Assembly: GCF_018350175.1 (NCBI RefSeq)
Contig: NC_058368.1
Span: forward strand, 85,314,001 to 85,378,000
Source of the DNA: Felis catus
Lineage: Eukaryota
Direction: 5' to 3'
DNA: 64,000 bases
Part shown: one piece after another, positions 1-13,214 of the stretch
How positions within the stretch are numbered: position 1 is the first letter of the stretch
Layout of the letters: each line of letters starts with the position of its first letter
The notes under the pieces: generated by a model
What the model saw: the letters and a program-made list of their open reading frames with translations, nothing else
The model's database searches: none
Told to the model about the DNA's origin: nothing
Made by a program: the position numbers and the translations under genes

Positions 1-924
1 TGCTTTCCTTTTTCAAGATTGCTTTGGTTATTCAGGGTCTTTGAGGTTGCACACAAATTTTAAAATCGTTTGTTCGAGTTCTGTGAAGAATTCTGGTGGC
101 ATTTTGATAAGGAATGAATTAAATGTGTAGATTACTTTAGGTAGTGGAGAAAATTTAACATTTGTTCTTCCAGTCCATGAGCATGGAATGTCTTTCCATT
201 TCTTTGTGTCCTCTTCAGTTCTTTAATCAGTGTTTTATAGTTTACAGAGTACAGATCGTTTGCCTCTTTGCTTAGGTTTATTCCGAGGTATTTTGTTTAT
301 GGTATAATTGTAAAATGGATTGTTTTCTTAATCTCTCTTTCTGCTGCTTCATTTTTGGTGTAACAGAAACACAACAGATTTTTTTACATTGATTTTCTGT
401 ATTCTGCAACTTTACTGAACTCAGTTATCAGTTCTAACATTTTTTTGGTGGAGTCTTTCAGGTTTTCAATATATAGTATCATGTAATCTGCAAATAGTGA
501 AATTATTACTGTTTGCAAATTGGATGCTTTTATTTCTTTTTGTTGTCTTATTGCTGTGGTTTGGACTTCCAGTACTATGTTTAATAAAAGTGTTAAGAGT
601 GGACATCCTTATCTTGCTCCTGATGTTAGGGGAAAAACTATGTTTATTCCCCTTTTTTGGATAATGTTAGCTGAGAGTTTTTCATAGATGGCATTAATAT
701 GTTTAGGTATGTTCCCTCTAAACCTCCTTTGTTGATGGTTTTTTATCATGAATGGATGTTGTACTTTATCATATGCCTTTCTGCATCTATTGAAATGATC
801 CTATGTTTTTTATTATTTCTCTTGTACATGGGATGTATCACAATGATTGATTTGTGAATATTGACATGTCTGGATCTCCATAATAAATCCAATTTTATTG
901 TAGTAATGACTTTTCAATGCACTT

Positions 925-949
925 ATTTTTTTTAAATATTTATTTATTT

Positions 950-990
<41 letters not shown>

Positions 991-1142
991 GCGGGGGGGG
1001 GGGGGGGACACAGAATCCAAAGCGGGCTTCAGGCTCTGAGCTGTCAGCACAGAGCCTGATGTGGGGCTCAAACTCATGAACTGCAAGATCATGACCTGAG
1101 CTAAAGTTGGGCGCTTAACTGACTGAGCCACCCAGGTGCCCC
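925..1142 (-). mobile_element. CanSINE (tRNA-derived carnivore SINE)
   Basis: Reverse strand begins GGGGCACCTGGGTGGCTCAGTC, followed by a (CT)n tract and A tail. TSD-like tcaatgca at 914-921 and 1143-1150. Confidence 0.92.
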
Positions 1143-1742
1143 TCAATGCATTTTTGAAGATGGTTTGATAGTATTTTGTTGAGGACTTTTGCATCTGTGT
1201 TTGTCAGGGGTATTGGTCTGTGTAGTTCTGTTTTTTAGTGGTGTCTTATCTGGTTTTGGCATCAATGCAATACTGGCTTCATAGAATAAATTTGGAATAT
1301 TTGTTTCCTTTTATATTTTTTGGGCTAGTCTGAGAAAAAATAGGTATTTACTCTTCTTTAAGTGGTTGGTACAATTCACCTGTGAAACAATCAATTCCTT
1401 AAATTTTGTTGTTGGGATTTTTTTTCATATCATTTTAAATTATTTGCTGGTTATTAATCTGTTCAAATTTTCTATTTCTTCCACTTTCAGTTGTGGTAGT
1501 TCATATGCTTCTAGGAATTTATCCCTTTCTTTTAGGTTGTCCAATTTGTTGGCATATAATTTTTGATAATATTCACTTAAAACTGTTTGAATTCCTGGGT
1601 GTTGGCTTTTCTCTTCTCTCATTTATGATTTTATTCACTTAAATCTTCTCTCTCTCTCTTTTTTTTTAATAATATTGGCTAGAGGTTTATTGATCTTATT
1701 GACCTTTCCAAAGAACCAGATCCTGCTTCATTGATCTGTTCT

Positions 1743-1942
1743 TTAATTTTTTTAAGTTTATTTATTTTGAGAGACAGTGGAGGGGTAGAGAGAGAGGGAG
1801 AATCTCAAGCATGCTCCACGCTGCCAATACAGAGCCCAATATGGGGCTCTGATATGGGGCTCAAACCCACAAAACTGCGAGATCATTACCTGAGCTGAAA
1901 TCAAGAGTCAGATGCTCAAACAACTGAACCATCCAGATGCCA
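1743..1942 (-). mobile_element. CanSINE
   Basis: SINE body (gagatcattacctgagctgaaatcaagagtc) with TSD-like cttcattgatct on both sides (about 1726 and 1943). Confidence 0.88.
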
Positions 1943-2018
1943 CTTCATTGATCTATTCTACTGTTTCTTTAGTTTTTATGTCATTGGCAGATGACATGAT
2001 ATTCTACAAAAAAAACCC

Positions 2019-2232
2019 TGGGTCATCTGGTGGCTCATTTGCTTACGCATCCAACTTTGGCTCAGGTCATGACCTCATAGCCTGTGGGTTCAAGCCCCAC
2101 GTTGGGCTCTGTGCTGACAGCTCAGAGCCTGGAGTCTGTTTTGGATTCTGTGTCTCCCTCTTTCTCTGCCCCTCCCCCAGTCACGCTCTGTTTCTCTATA
2201 TCTTACACAAAACTAAAAATAAATAAATAAAT
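2019..2232 (+). mobile_element. CanSINE
   Basis: ggtggctca...ttggctcaggtcatgacctc...gagcctggag, CT tract and (aaat)n tail. Confidence 0.9.
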
Positions 2233-3388
2233 AACCCAAAATACTATGCACATATAAATTGCTAGAACTGATATGCGAATTCAGTAAGGTCATAGGATAA
2301 AAAAATGTTCCATTTTTAGACCTATGGAACAGTTTTGTAGAAATTTATTGCATTTCTATATACCAACAATGAAGCAACAAGAATAATAAATCAAGGAATC
2401 AAGGTCATTTACAACTGCACCAAAACCAATGAGATACCTAGGAATAAACCTAGCCAAAGAGGGAAACATCTGTATTCTGAAAACTATAAAATACTGATAA
2501 AAGAAATTGAAGATGACACAAAGAAACGGTAAAACATTCCATGCTCATGGATCAGAACAAATATTATTAAAATGTCATACTACTGAAAGCAATCAATACA
2601 GTTAGCACAATCCCTATCAAAATGCCAACAGCATTTTTCACAGAGCTAGAACAAGCATTAAATTTGTATGGAGCAACAAAAGACCCCAAATAGCCAAAGC
2701 AATCCTGAAAAAGAAAAGGAGGCATCACTATTTCAGACTTCAACTTATATTACAAAGCTATAATCTTCAAGATAGTATGGTACAGTCACAGAAACAGACA
2801 CATAGAAAAATGGAACAGAATAAAAAAAACCCAAAATGAACCCACATTTATATGGTCAATTAATCTTTGACAAAACAGGAAATAATATCCAATGTAAAAA
2901 CAAAACAAAACAAACAACTAAAAAAACGGTCTCTTTAATAAATGGTGCTGGGGAAACTGTACAGCAACATGAAAAAGAAAGAAACTGGACCACGTTCTTA
3001 CACCATACACAAATGTAAATTCAAAATGAATGAAAGACCTAAAGGTCAGACAGGAAATCATAAAAGTCCTAGAAGAGAGCACAGGCAGTAACTTCTTTGA
3101 CATAGAACTTAGCTACTTAGCTACTTCTTACTAAATATGCCTCCTGAGACAAGGGAAGTAAAGGCAAAAATAAACTATTGGGACCTCATCAATATAAAAA
3201 GCTTCTGCACAGAGAAGTAAACAGTCAAAAAAAGTAAAAGTCAAAATTCAGAAAGGGAGAAGATATTTATAAATGACATATCTGATAAGGGGATAGTATA
3301 CAAAACATACCAAAAATCTTATAAAACTAAACACTCAAAAAAAATAAATAAACAGAAACAAATAACCCAGTTAAAAATGAGAAGAAGA

Positions 3389-5387
3389 GGAGAGGAGCCA
3401 AGATGGGGGAAAAGTATGGAAGTTTTTGTATGTCTCACGTCCTTGAAATACAGCCAGACCAACACTAAACCATCCTACACACCTACAAAACTGATTGGAA
3501 GATTAACACAACAATCTGCACAACATGAACCACAGAATTCAGCAGGTGAGTGGTGTGGACAGGTGAACTTGGGGAGAAAGAAGCTGGCAGCAGGGAGGGA
3601 GCCACTTTTGCAGGTGGGGAGAGGGCAGAGACTGGGGTGAGGGGAGAGAGTACAGAAAAGCACCCCTCCCCAAAAGCAGCTGGAGAGAAAGTGGAAAATT
3701 GGAAACAGCCACAGGGACTAAACTAAAAAGGGAGAAAGGAGAAAGGAGAGGGTTTAAATTCCATTAAGACTGTAAACAAAGGGAGCACAAAGTCTGCAAC
3801 TCTGCAACTCCATACCTGGTGGTGCTCTGTTGGGAACAGCGAATCCCCAGGAACAGAGTGGGGTCCGGGAGGTTCTTGGGCCACACGGGAAAAAGCGGTT
3901 CCACTGCTAGAAGGATATTTGGTAGAGAATGTTGAAGCCACCTGGTCCCAGAAGACTGCCACATTCGCTGGTGCTGGAACAAGGTCCTTAAGGGTGAAGC
4001 CTGGTGCCAGATGTGTGTTGTGATTTTCCACAATCCCTGAAACACTGTTGCTACACTATCTCAGGAACTTTTTCTGGGGCAGACTGGCACCTGGCTGCAG
4101 TCTCAGGCACCAGCAGCAGCAGGGTCCAGCAAGTGTTCCTGGGTGCAGCCAGCATTTTGCCATTGCTCAGTGAGACCCTCCGGCGGAGGGGAGGAATGGG
4201 TCAAAGCCACAGTCCTTCTGAAGTAAGGGGCCAGGGAAAACTGCCGCATCTGAGACAAAACTCAGAGAGAGGTACTCCCTGGGGCTTGGTAACAGACAGT
4301 GAGGAAGCGGAAAGTGGATGAAAGCTGAAGACAGAGGACAGGTGCACAACATCATCAAAATAAAAAGCTTCTGCACAGTGAAGGAAACAATCAGCAAAAC
4401 TAAAAGGCAACCAACAGAATGGGAGAAAATATTTGCAAATGACATATCAAATAAAGGGTTAGTATCCAAAATCTATAAAGAACTTATCGAGCTCAACACC
4501 CAAAAAACAAATAATACAGTGAAGAAATAAGCAAAAGACATGAAGATACACTTCTCCAAAGAAGACATCCAGATGGCCAACCAACACATGAAAAAATGCT
4601 CAACATCACTCATCATCAGGGAAATACAAATCAAAACCACAATGAGATACCACCTGACACCTGCCAGAATGGCTAACGTTAATAACTCAGGCCACAACAG
4701 ATGTTGGTGAGGATGAAGAGAAAGAGGATCTCTTTTGCATTGTTGGTGGCAATGCAAGCTGGTGCAGCCACTCTGGAAACAGTATGGAGGTTCCTCAAAA
4801 AACTAAAAATAGAACTACCTTATGACCCAGCAATTGCACTACTGGGCATTTATGCACAGGATACAGGTGTGCTCTTTTGAGGGGATACATGCACCCCCAT
4901 GTTTATAGCAGCAGTATCAACAATATCCAAAGTATGGAAACAGTCCAATGTCCATTGACTGATAAATGGATAAAGCAGATGTGGTATACATATAAACAAT
5001 GGAATATTACTCAGTAATAAAAAATAATGAAATCTTGTCATTTGTAGCAATGTGGATAGAACAAGACTGTACATCCTAAGTGAACTTAGTCAGTCAGATA
5101 AAGACAAAAATCATATGACTTCACTCATATGAGGACTTTAAGAGACAAAGCATATGAACATAAGGGAAGGGAAACGAAAATACTATAAAAGAAGTGAGGG
5201 GGACAAAACAGAAGAGTCTCATAAATATGCAGAACAAACTGAGGGTTACTGGAGGGGTTGTGGAAGAGGGGATGGGCTAAATGGGTAAGGGACACTAAGG
5301 AATCTATTCCTGAAATCATTGTTGCACTATAAGGTAACTAATTTGTATGTAAATTTTAAAAAAATAAAAAATAAAACAAGTTAATAA
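3389..5387 (+). mobile_element. Nested 2-kb LINE-1 derivative: 5'UTR joined directly to the ORF2 3' end and 3'UTR
   Basis: Begins ggagaggagccaagatgg (L1 5' terminus) and is GC-richer UTR to about 4347. Then atcatcaaaataaaaagcttctgcacag (late ORF2), 3'UTR and A-rich tail. TSD aaaaatgagaagaaga 3373-3388 and aaaaatgtgaggaaga 5388-5403 (14/16). Confidence 0.85.
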
Positions 5388-6310
5388 AAAAATGTGAGGA
5401 AGACATTAATAGGCATTTTCCCAAAGTAGGCATACAGATGGCTAATAAACACATTAAAAGATGCTCAACGTCGGTTATCATCCAGTAAATACAAATCAAA
5501 ACTGTAATGAGATATCTCCTCACAACAGTCAGAATGTCTAAATTTACAACACAGGAGAGAACTGGTGACCCAATGGCAAGTGATTAATGAATGGATAAAG
5601 AAATGTGGGATGTGGTTGGTGGTAGAACATATTATCCTAAGCGAAATTAGTCAGAGAAAGACAAATACCATATGATGTCACTCATATGTGGAATTTAAGA
5701 AACAAAACAGATGAAAATAGTGGGAAAAAAAGAGATGCAAACCAGGAATCAGACTCTTAACTATAGAGAAAAACATGAGGGTTACTGGAGACGAAGTGGA
5801 CAGGGAGATGGGTAAAATGGGTAATGGGGATTAAGGAGGGCACTTGCTGTTATAAACACTGGGTGTTGTATGTAAGTGATGAATCATAATTCTACACCTG
5901 TAACTAGTATTACACTCTATGTTAACTAACTGGAATTGAAATATAAACTTGAAAACAAAACACAATTCCAAGTCAAGCAAGAATCTGCTCTGTAATTTGA
6001 TTCACACATTCATGGACATCACCCCTTGAACCCTTGATGTGTAGACCTATGCTCTATTACACTATAACTCTTCCCACAATGATAATTATGAAAAAAATAT
6101 ATACTGAAGTTTGTTTAAGCAGTTTGAATTTTCTTTGTAAATTACTCATATTTTATTCACACATAGACATGTTGCTATAACTTGCTTTTATGTTAACAAA
6201 ATGAAAATGATATTTTCCAATGGTTAAAGTGTAAGCAGACCACTTTGACAAAGTTGAATTCTCTAGAGTTTTTACAAAATTTCATTTAAGAAAATTCATG
6301 TTTATTTTAT

Positions 6311-6517
6311 TTTTTAATGTTTATTTATTTTGGGGAGAGAGAGAGAGAACATGAGTGCACTTAGTCAGGGAGGGGCAAAAAGAGAGGGAGAGAGAACCCA
6401 AGGCAGGCTCCAAGCTCAGTGCAGAGCCCAATGCAGGGCTTGATCTCATGACCATGAAGTCATAACCTGAATTGAAATCAAATCAGACACTAAACCCACT
6501 GAGTCACCAGGTACCCA
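6311..6517 (-). mobile_element. CanSINE
   Basis: SINE body flanked by TSD aaaattcatgttta (about 6291 and 6520). Confidence 0.9.
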
Positions 6518-7279
6518 GAAAAATTCATGTTTACTTAAAAAATACACCATTAACATTAACTTTTAGAACTGATAAATTGAGATGTTTCTCTTGGAGAAAT
6601 AATGGAATTTACAGGTGTGACTGTAAATAGAAAGCTAAGGATTACATTTAATGAGCTGGCTGTCACTAGCAGTAAAAGGTGTATAAATTATTTTGTTTTT
6701 CTTTCTTACATGAAGTTAACTAGCTCCCCTTGGGGTCCAACTTAAAACTTTTCCTCTGTTAATAAATAGACTTTACTTACTCACTGAAGCATATACTCTG
6801 GATTTATAATTCCTGGCAAATAATCTTTATTTACCCTACCCTCTTCTTCCACTATATTCCATATAAATTTGGGATAATTAAGAAAAAGAATGAAATATGA
6901 ATTTGTGTGCTAAAATTAAGAATATAAAATCAGGGGAACAGTTTTTGCGTATCACCAGCCATAGCTGCCTCTTTCTATTCAACATAACTGAAGAGCATGT
7001 TTTCAAAAGACAATTTCTGGGTAGGGTTAAATATGGTGAATTCTAGTGGTTGACAAGTGGCTATGGTTTTCATGCTGTCTCCTTTACAGGTGGAGATTTG
7101 ATAGTTGGACCCTGTCCAAGACCCTCTTTTCATTTATCAGTTTCCAGTACGGAGGAGACTATAGAAGAAAAGCTTTCCTAACAACAACAACAACAACAAA
7201 TAGGGCATGTATGTCAACTGTTTTTTTCTCCTAAGTGTACTCTCTTCCACAAGTATGCAGTTGAAATTCTGCCTGTAGA

Positions 7280-7490
7280 CACTCTGTCTCTGTCTTTCAC
7301 TATCTCTCTCCCTCTCCCGGTCTCTCTGTCTCTTGTTTCTCTGTCCTTTCCTCTGTGTTTCACTCTCTTGGTTTCTGCCTATGGACTCTCTTTCTCTGTC
7401 TCTTTGTTTTTCTCTCCCTCTCTCTGTCTCTCTTTCTGTTTCTGTCTCTCTTTTCCTTTCTCTCTCTCTACCCTTCCCTCCGCCTGTCTT
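7280..7490. repeat. CT-rich low-complexity tract
   Basis: Degenerate (TCTCTG/CT)n run. Confidence 0.8.
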
Positions 7491-8732
7491 GTTGCTGTGT
7501 GAGTCCTGTGATCTGATCGTCTAGTAACTTAGGTTGTGCAAACAGCAAAAAATACTCAATAGAGAATTAGAAAAAGGACTAGGAAAGTCTTTCACATAAA
7601 AGTCTACAAGGAAATAACAAAAAAGAAGAAATAAAGGCAGGACAAAAAGACACACTGGAAATATGAGTTAGTGGAGAAAAGAGAGGTGTTAGAGTACAGA
7701 GGGTTTAAAGGACTTTATGCAAACTTCAGGCTATATCTTTTACATTTATGTTCCTCTGTGTTTAAATATTCTCATAAGATTAAAGATTCTCATAAACATT
7801 TTACTTTCTTTTTATTTGGTTAGTGTTGTGGTGCTTTGTTAATAGCATCTAGCATTGGTATGGAAGGTAGTCAACACATTATATAACCAGTCTATATCTT
7901 CCATTTAAGCACAGGCTAGCAAATTTAATTCAAAGATTTTGATAAAGAACACAAGTGTATCACTAAAAATATATATCCACAAAGGAGACATAGGCCCATA
8001 AGCAATTTCACACTGACTTCAAAATGGTAAAAAAGCTTAGCTTTGAAACAATTACTTTTCTAAGGTCATTACTATAAATTTGGAAGTTCAATTGTTTAGA
8101 GCATTAATTATATTATTCCTTCTAATATTGAAGTAGTGAAAGTAGTTAAAATAAGTAGATTTTGTGCATTATTGTACTTTTATGACATTGGAATTTATGT
8201 TCCATAGGAACTAAGAATGAAAACAAAAAAATCAATCCTTTGTCTTGCTAAATGTAAACTTTATTATTATTATTTTTTTCTTATAGTAGAAAGAAAATGG
8301 AATTATTTTTAACTATTATATTTTATACTAGGAATTTGGGAAAATCATTTTATTTTGCAGAATTTCTAGTTCCTTTTTAGAAAATGGATATTAATATTTG
8401 ATTAGTAAAATGTAGAAGTGTGCTGTGTAGTATATATGATATAATGAGTAGAGGTGGGAGAAATTCTCAGTGTGAAACCAAAACCACGTAATTCATCAAA
8501 AACAAGCAGTTGCATGATGCAGACAGTGATTTGGAAATGTTATGATTCCTTTGAATAGAATATTTGTCCAACAAAATTTCACAAATAATTGTTTATCCAA
8601 CTTAAGATACATTTATCTCTAGCATTGTAGTTGATGTAATATGGGAATAGATTTAATGTCACAATTTTAAAATAAGACCATTTTTGGTTTTTGCCTTCCT
8701 TTCATTTCAGCAGGAAACTTTCAATAGTCAAA

Positions 8733-9694
8733 ATGGGTCATGGGAATTTCAGTGTCATCAGTGAGCTGATCCTTGTAGGATTTTCCAATTACCCCCAGAC
8801 TGAAATTCCACTCTTTTTTCTATTCTCTCTGGTCTACTTGGCAAGTCTCTTTGGAAACACAACTGTCATCACTTTAGTCATTCTATATTTCTCTCTCCAG
8901 ACACCCATGTACATCTTCCTCTGTCATCTGGCCTTTCTCAACATATCAACATATTTTTTAGCACATTTGTGGTCCCCAAGATGCTTTTTAATTTTCTCGC
9001 AAGCAGGAAAGTTATATCTTACAACTTCTGTATTGCTCAGACCTACATCACCTTATTCCTGGAGTCAACTGAGTGCTTTCTCCTTGCAGTAATGGCTTTG
9101 GATCGCTATGTGGCCATTTGTTACCCACTGAGATATCTGCTCATCATGAACTGGTCTGTGTGTGTGGCATTAGCTCTGGGGGCCTGGACCATTGACTTTT
9201 TTGCCTCAGTGGTGCCTCTCTACCTCACAATTCTTCCACTCTGTGGTCCATATGTTGTTGACTATATTTTCTGTGAATTGCCCATTCTTCTTCATATGTT
9301 CTGTGCTGATACATCCCTGCTGGAGACCATAATGGCCACAGGAGGGGCTGGAACAGTGTTATTCCCCTTACTCTTCATTATACTCTCTTACCTTCGCATC
9401 CTGGTGGCTGTGATGACAATAGACTCTATTAAGGGCAGAAAAAAAGCCTTTTCCACATGTATTTCCCACCTGATTGCTGTGATCATGTATTATGGAACAG
9501 GAATGATCCGGTACTTAAGACCCAAGTCCCTCTATTCAGCAGAGGGAGACAAACTCATTTCTGTGTTCTATGCAGTCATCAACCCTATGCTGAATCCTTT
9601 CATTTACAGCCTAAGGAACAAGGAAATGAAGGAGGGTATGAAAAAAGTTATGGGCAAATACAAAATTAAAACAAAACAACAAATCACAGACTAG
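8733..9694 (+). pseudogene. Class II olfactory receptor pseudogene (single frameshift)
   Basis: N-terminal NFS sequon and the motifs GN, LQTPMYIFL, MALDRYVAIC, KAFSTCISHL and PMLNPFIYSLRN are split over ORFs 8691-9092 and 8969-9694. An 8-bp duplication tcaacata at 8938-8953 causes the shift. A polypyrimidine/AG acceptor ends at 8710. Confidence 0.93.
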
Positions 9695-11565
9695 AATCTT
9701 TATGATTCTATAAGCATTCTTATAAGTGTTCTTATAAGCGTTTAAGGCAATGCTTATTTTTTTTAACCTGTGTTCATATCCAAATACTATGAGACTAAGC
9801 TCCACCCCAAGTAATTTGGATTTGGCAGAGTTGCAGATGAAAGTTGTCATTACATTTTTACAAATCTCCTCGTTTCCAGTTCAGATTTCTCCCATGAGTT
9901 AATATTTATGTATAGTTGTTCTTTAAGTGTTAGAACATTGTTATATCAACTCAATCAAATAGTTTGTGACCTGCATGATGAATTCCAGGTCAACACATTC
10001 TTATCCTCTGTAGCCACTCAATTTACAGTATTTTATTCTCTATTTTTCCATTTATTTTGCAAAGTTTCAAATTATGACAAGGTGACCAATCCTACTCTAC
10101 TCATATGATCCATCCTTTGAGGGATATAAATCTGAAGATACAAGTCTCAGATCTTTACAGGGGTAAAAAAAGGCAGGCTAAATTCTGAAATACATGTCAT
10201 TAACTCTTACAAAAAGAAAATATATCTGAAATTACTAATGAGAATTTTTTAAAGAAATATAAAACTCTGTCCCCATTTTACTGGTTTTACTTTTTATTTA
10301 CCTAAACTTTTACTTTTTGGTCTCTAATTTTAGGAAAAGGGTATGATTTTTTGAAATTGAAAACTGAGAAAAAAACTTCTTAATTACTTAAACTTTAGTT
10401 ATCTCCATATGGAAAATAGCTTTAGGAGTAAATACTAACCGTCATTTAATTTATTAACTTTTTAGCTATTTAAACATGTTGGCTACAATAGATTTGCAAC
10501 TATAGTATTTTGAGGAGCCATATGCTAATTAGTTTAATACTGCTAGATTTGGAGGCAAACTGAAGAGTTAATCCTAGGTTCAGTCACTTAGTTGGTGCAT
10601 GTCCTTTATCAAAATCTTCCCTGTGCTTTAATATCCCACTTGAAAAATCAAGAAATGCAATGTATAGGAGTGTAAAAGTGAACACATATAATACAACTAA
10701 ACTATGGGAGAGGCTTAAAACACACAAGACAAGATCATTCTCCATCTGCTATTGAAAAAAAGAAAAAACTTTGTTCTAGATTCTACAATATTTTATAAAG
10801 AAAAGAAATGTACAGTAATTACACTAAATAATTTTTTTCAGATTATCTTTTCTAATATCTGTTGGAAATTGATGTTCCCATGAAAGTGGAAATTCCTCTT
10901 TTCAAGGTTAGGTTTGTACACTTGGAATAATCTAGAGGATCTATTCATGTGTCTAAGTATGAGGCCCAAAGAACTTAATGTTTCCAATTAACATATTTCA
11001 TACCTGTGTACCAGAGGAGGGCTAATACATATCCCTGTGTAGCAGCCTTCTGACCTCTTCAAAGAAATTTAATTCTAATATATGGAAGAACCAGGATTTG
11101 TTCCTCTGTCATCAAATTTTATTAAATTCCAATGTATAATTCATAAGGAAAAAAAAGGAAACAAATCTTAATGTGGAATGAAGCAATAGGTGTCTGATTT
11201 GTAATATTTTTTTGCAATACTTAGGATTCCATGGCAACATTGTACAAACTATGCATGTGGATGGTTTTCTTTATTACAAGTTCATTTAACAGTGGCTCTA
11301 TATTAGTGAATTTTCTTGAAAATAATACAATATTTGTAGTGATCCCAAATGTTGTCATCAAAACCAATACATAGTAACATTGTATCTTGCTCTTATAACC
11401 ATTTATCCAGCAAGCAGAACATACTGGGGTAATCCTTTGAAAGGGAAGGAGTGAGAAGGCCTGAATAAAAACTGAATTTAACTCAATATATGCCTTGAAA
11501 TCAATGACAAAACTATCCTTAGTTCACTGCAAAATGATCTTTCCTTTTAACTAGAAAATAGTTCT

Positions 11566-11782
11566 GGGATACCAGAACTGTCGCCCAACCTACTGAGCCA
11601 CTGACTTCGGTTCAGGTCATGATCTCACAGCTCTCGTGAGTTTGAGCCCTGCTTCGGGCTCTGTGCTCACAGCCCGGAGCCTGGAGCCTGCTTTGGATAG
11701 TGTGTCTCCCTCTCTCTCTGCCCCTAACCCACTCACATTCTGTCTCTGTCTCTCTCAAAAGTAAATAAACATTAAAAAAAAA
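11566..11782 (+). mobile_element. CanSINE with a rearranged (locally inverted) 5' end
   Basis: TSD ttaactagaaa(a/g)tagttct at 11547-11565 and 11783-11801. Body is normal from 11601; 11582-11600 is the reverse complement of the SINE 5' segment. Confidence 0.88.
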
Positions 11783-12738
11783 TTAACTAGAAAGTAGTTC
11801 TAATGAATCTTTCATGACTCACTGTCAGCAATGCAAGAATATTATGTGAGACTGTGGTAGTAATCAAGTGACTCTAGAACCAACATATATAGAGTAAGAC
11901 CAGTTATTTTTCTGTTATTGCTTAAAATTAACAACATATTTAGTAAAATGACTTTTAAATAACAAAATATAAATTAAGTGTGAAATAATAATCATAGATC
12001 AAGACTTTGATTAAAAGTATTTTTCAGAGAAAGTTTATAGCCTCCCCAAACCCCTGTGTTTGAATTTCATGTTGAATATTTAGATATCTCTCAATGAAAA
12101 TTTCCTGAGAATATAAATTTTGTCTGCTTTCTAGAGATTTCTGTTGTTGTTCACCTCGTGGATTATATAAAAAACACAAAATATATCAATTTAGTTTATT
12201 AAATTATTATCACTGTTAAAAGTTTTGAGAAACAACCTTTGACTAAATTTTTCATTTAATCCAGTAAATATTTGATTAACTCACTCTTATCTTGGTTAAA
12301 CCAAATTTTGCTCCCACAGCAAAAATTAATTTTGAACTCGCTATTGACAATATGTTGACATAGGTAATTTTAGCAATTTTGCAAACAATGGGTCTGTTAC
12401 TGGAAACCATAAGCTAGAATACAAATGGACAAGAAAGAGCAATTATGGGAAAACAATGTGGAGGGAAATCAGTTTCTCTAAGAATTAATTGTGAGATACT
12501 TCTTGCTCAAGTAACTAGCATAGGCTTTCCACACATCTTAATGAGATCATGGTAGGGAAAGGTATTTCTTCGTTTTGCCTCAACACACCGTCTCAAACAC
12601 CAATGAAGACATCTTTTTTTTTTTTTAAATGTAAACACATTACTTTGATTGAGAAGAAATGACTAGTTACATAGGTAAGTAAATTATATGCCCACTAAGT
12701 TCTTTCTTTTTAGCTTACAAAGAGGGCAGACTTGCAAG

Positions 12739-12740
<2 letters not shown>

Positions 12741-12782
<42 letters not shown>
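12741..12782. repeat. (GT)n microsatellite
   Basis: Perfect GT run. Confidence 0.97.
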
Positions 12783-12788
<6 letters not shown>

Positions 12789-12964
12789 TATGGACTTGAT
12801 AATTAACTGTGTTGTAGGATCTAACCAAGTAAAATTTTAATACATTGTGAATACTTGAAGGCAATATAATTTTTAGTGTCTTTAAAGTAATGTTCTCAGT
12901 ATCAGGAATTAATGATGTTTACTCAGAAAATATATTTATTATATTTATTTTCTCTTTTTTCTTT

Positions 12965-13153
12965 GTTTTAAAATTTTTTAATGTTTATTTATTTTTGAGA
13001 GACAGAGAGAGATAGAATGTGAGCAGGGGAGGGACAGAGAGAGAGGGAGAAAGAGAAGCACAGAGCCCTACAAGGGGCTTGAACTCACTAGCTGTGAGAT
13101 CATGACCTGAGCTGAAGTCAGATGCTTAACCAACTGAGTCACCAAGATGTCCC
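12965..13153 (-). mobile_element. CanSINE (with an internal deletion)
   Basis: tttatttatttttgagaga...gagatcatgacctgagctgaagtc...actgagtcacc. Confidence 0.88.
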
Positions 13154-13214
13154 TCTCTTTTTGTCTTATTCCACTCTAAATTTCTTTCCATTTCATTTGA
13201 AAATGACATTGCTT

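Larger units (their letters stand above)
1..1980 (-). mobile_element. LINE-1 ORF2 fragment (degenerate), running off the left edge of the window
   Basis: Reverse strand reads as L1 ORF2. An F-A-D-x-M-like RT motif lies near 470-495 (plus: catgtaatctgcaaa), and ORF 1440-1622(-) gives [28 protein letters not shown]. Interrupted by two SINEs. Confidence 0.9.
1981..5960 (+). mobile_element. 5'-truncated LINE-1 (ORF2 RT to 3'UTR), host to a SINE and a nested L1
   Basis: Starts at gcagatgacatgat (ADDM) and continues through typical ORF2 3' sequence to 3388. Resumes at 5404 and ends with a carnivore L1 3'UTR (cactgggtgttgtatgtaagtgatgaatc) and a degenerate A tail near 5960. Confidence 0.9.

Noticed and set aside
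925..1142. tRNA genes at SINE heads
   Set aside because: The A/B-box similarity comes from tRNA-derived CanSINEs, each with a CT tract, A tail and TSD.
1..3388. Opposite-strand L1 pieces meeting at about 1980 as one twin-primed element
   Set aside because: Both pieces cover the same ORF2 interval (RT motif through ccaaagcaatc), so they are two separate insertions.
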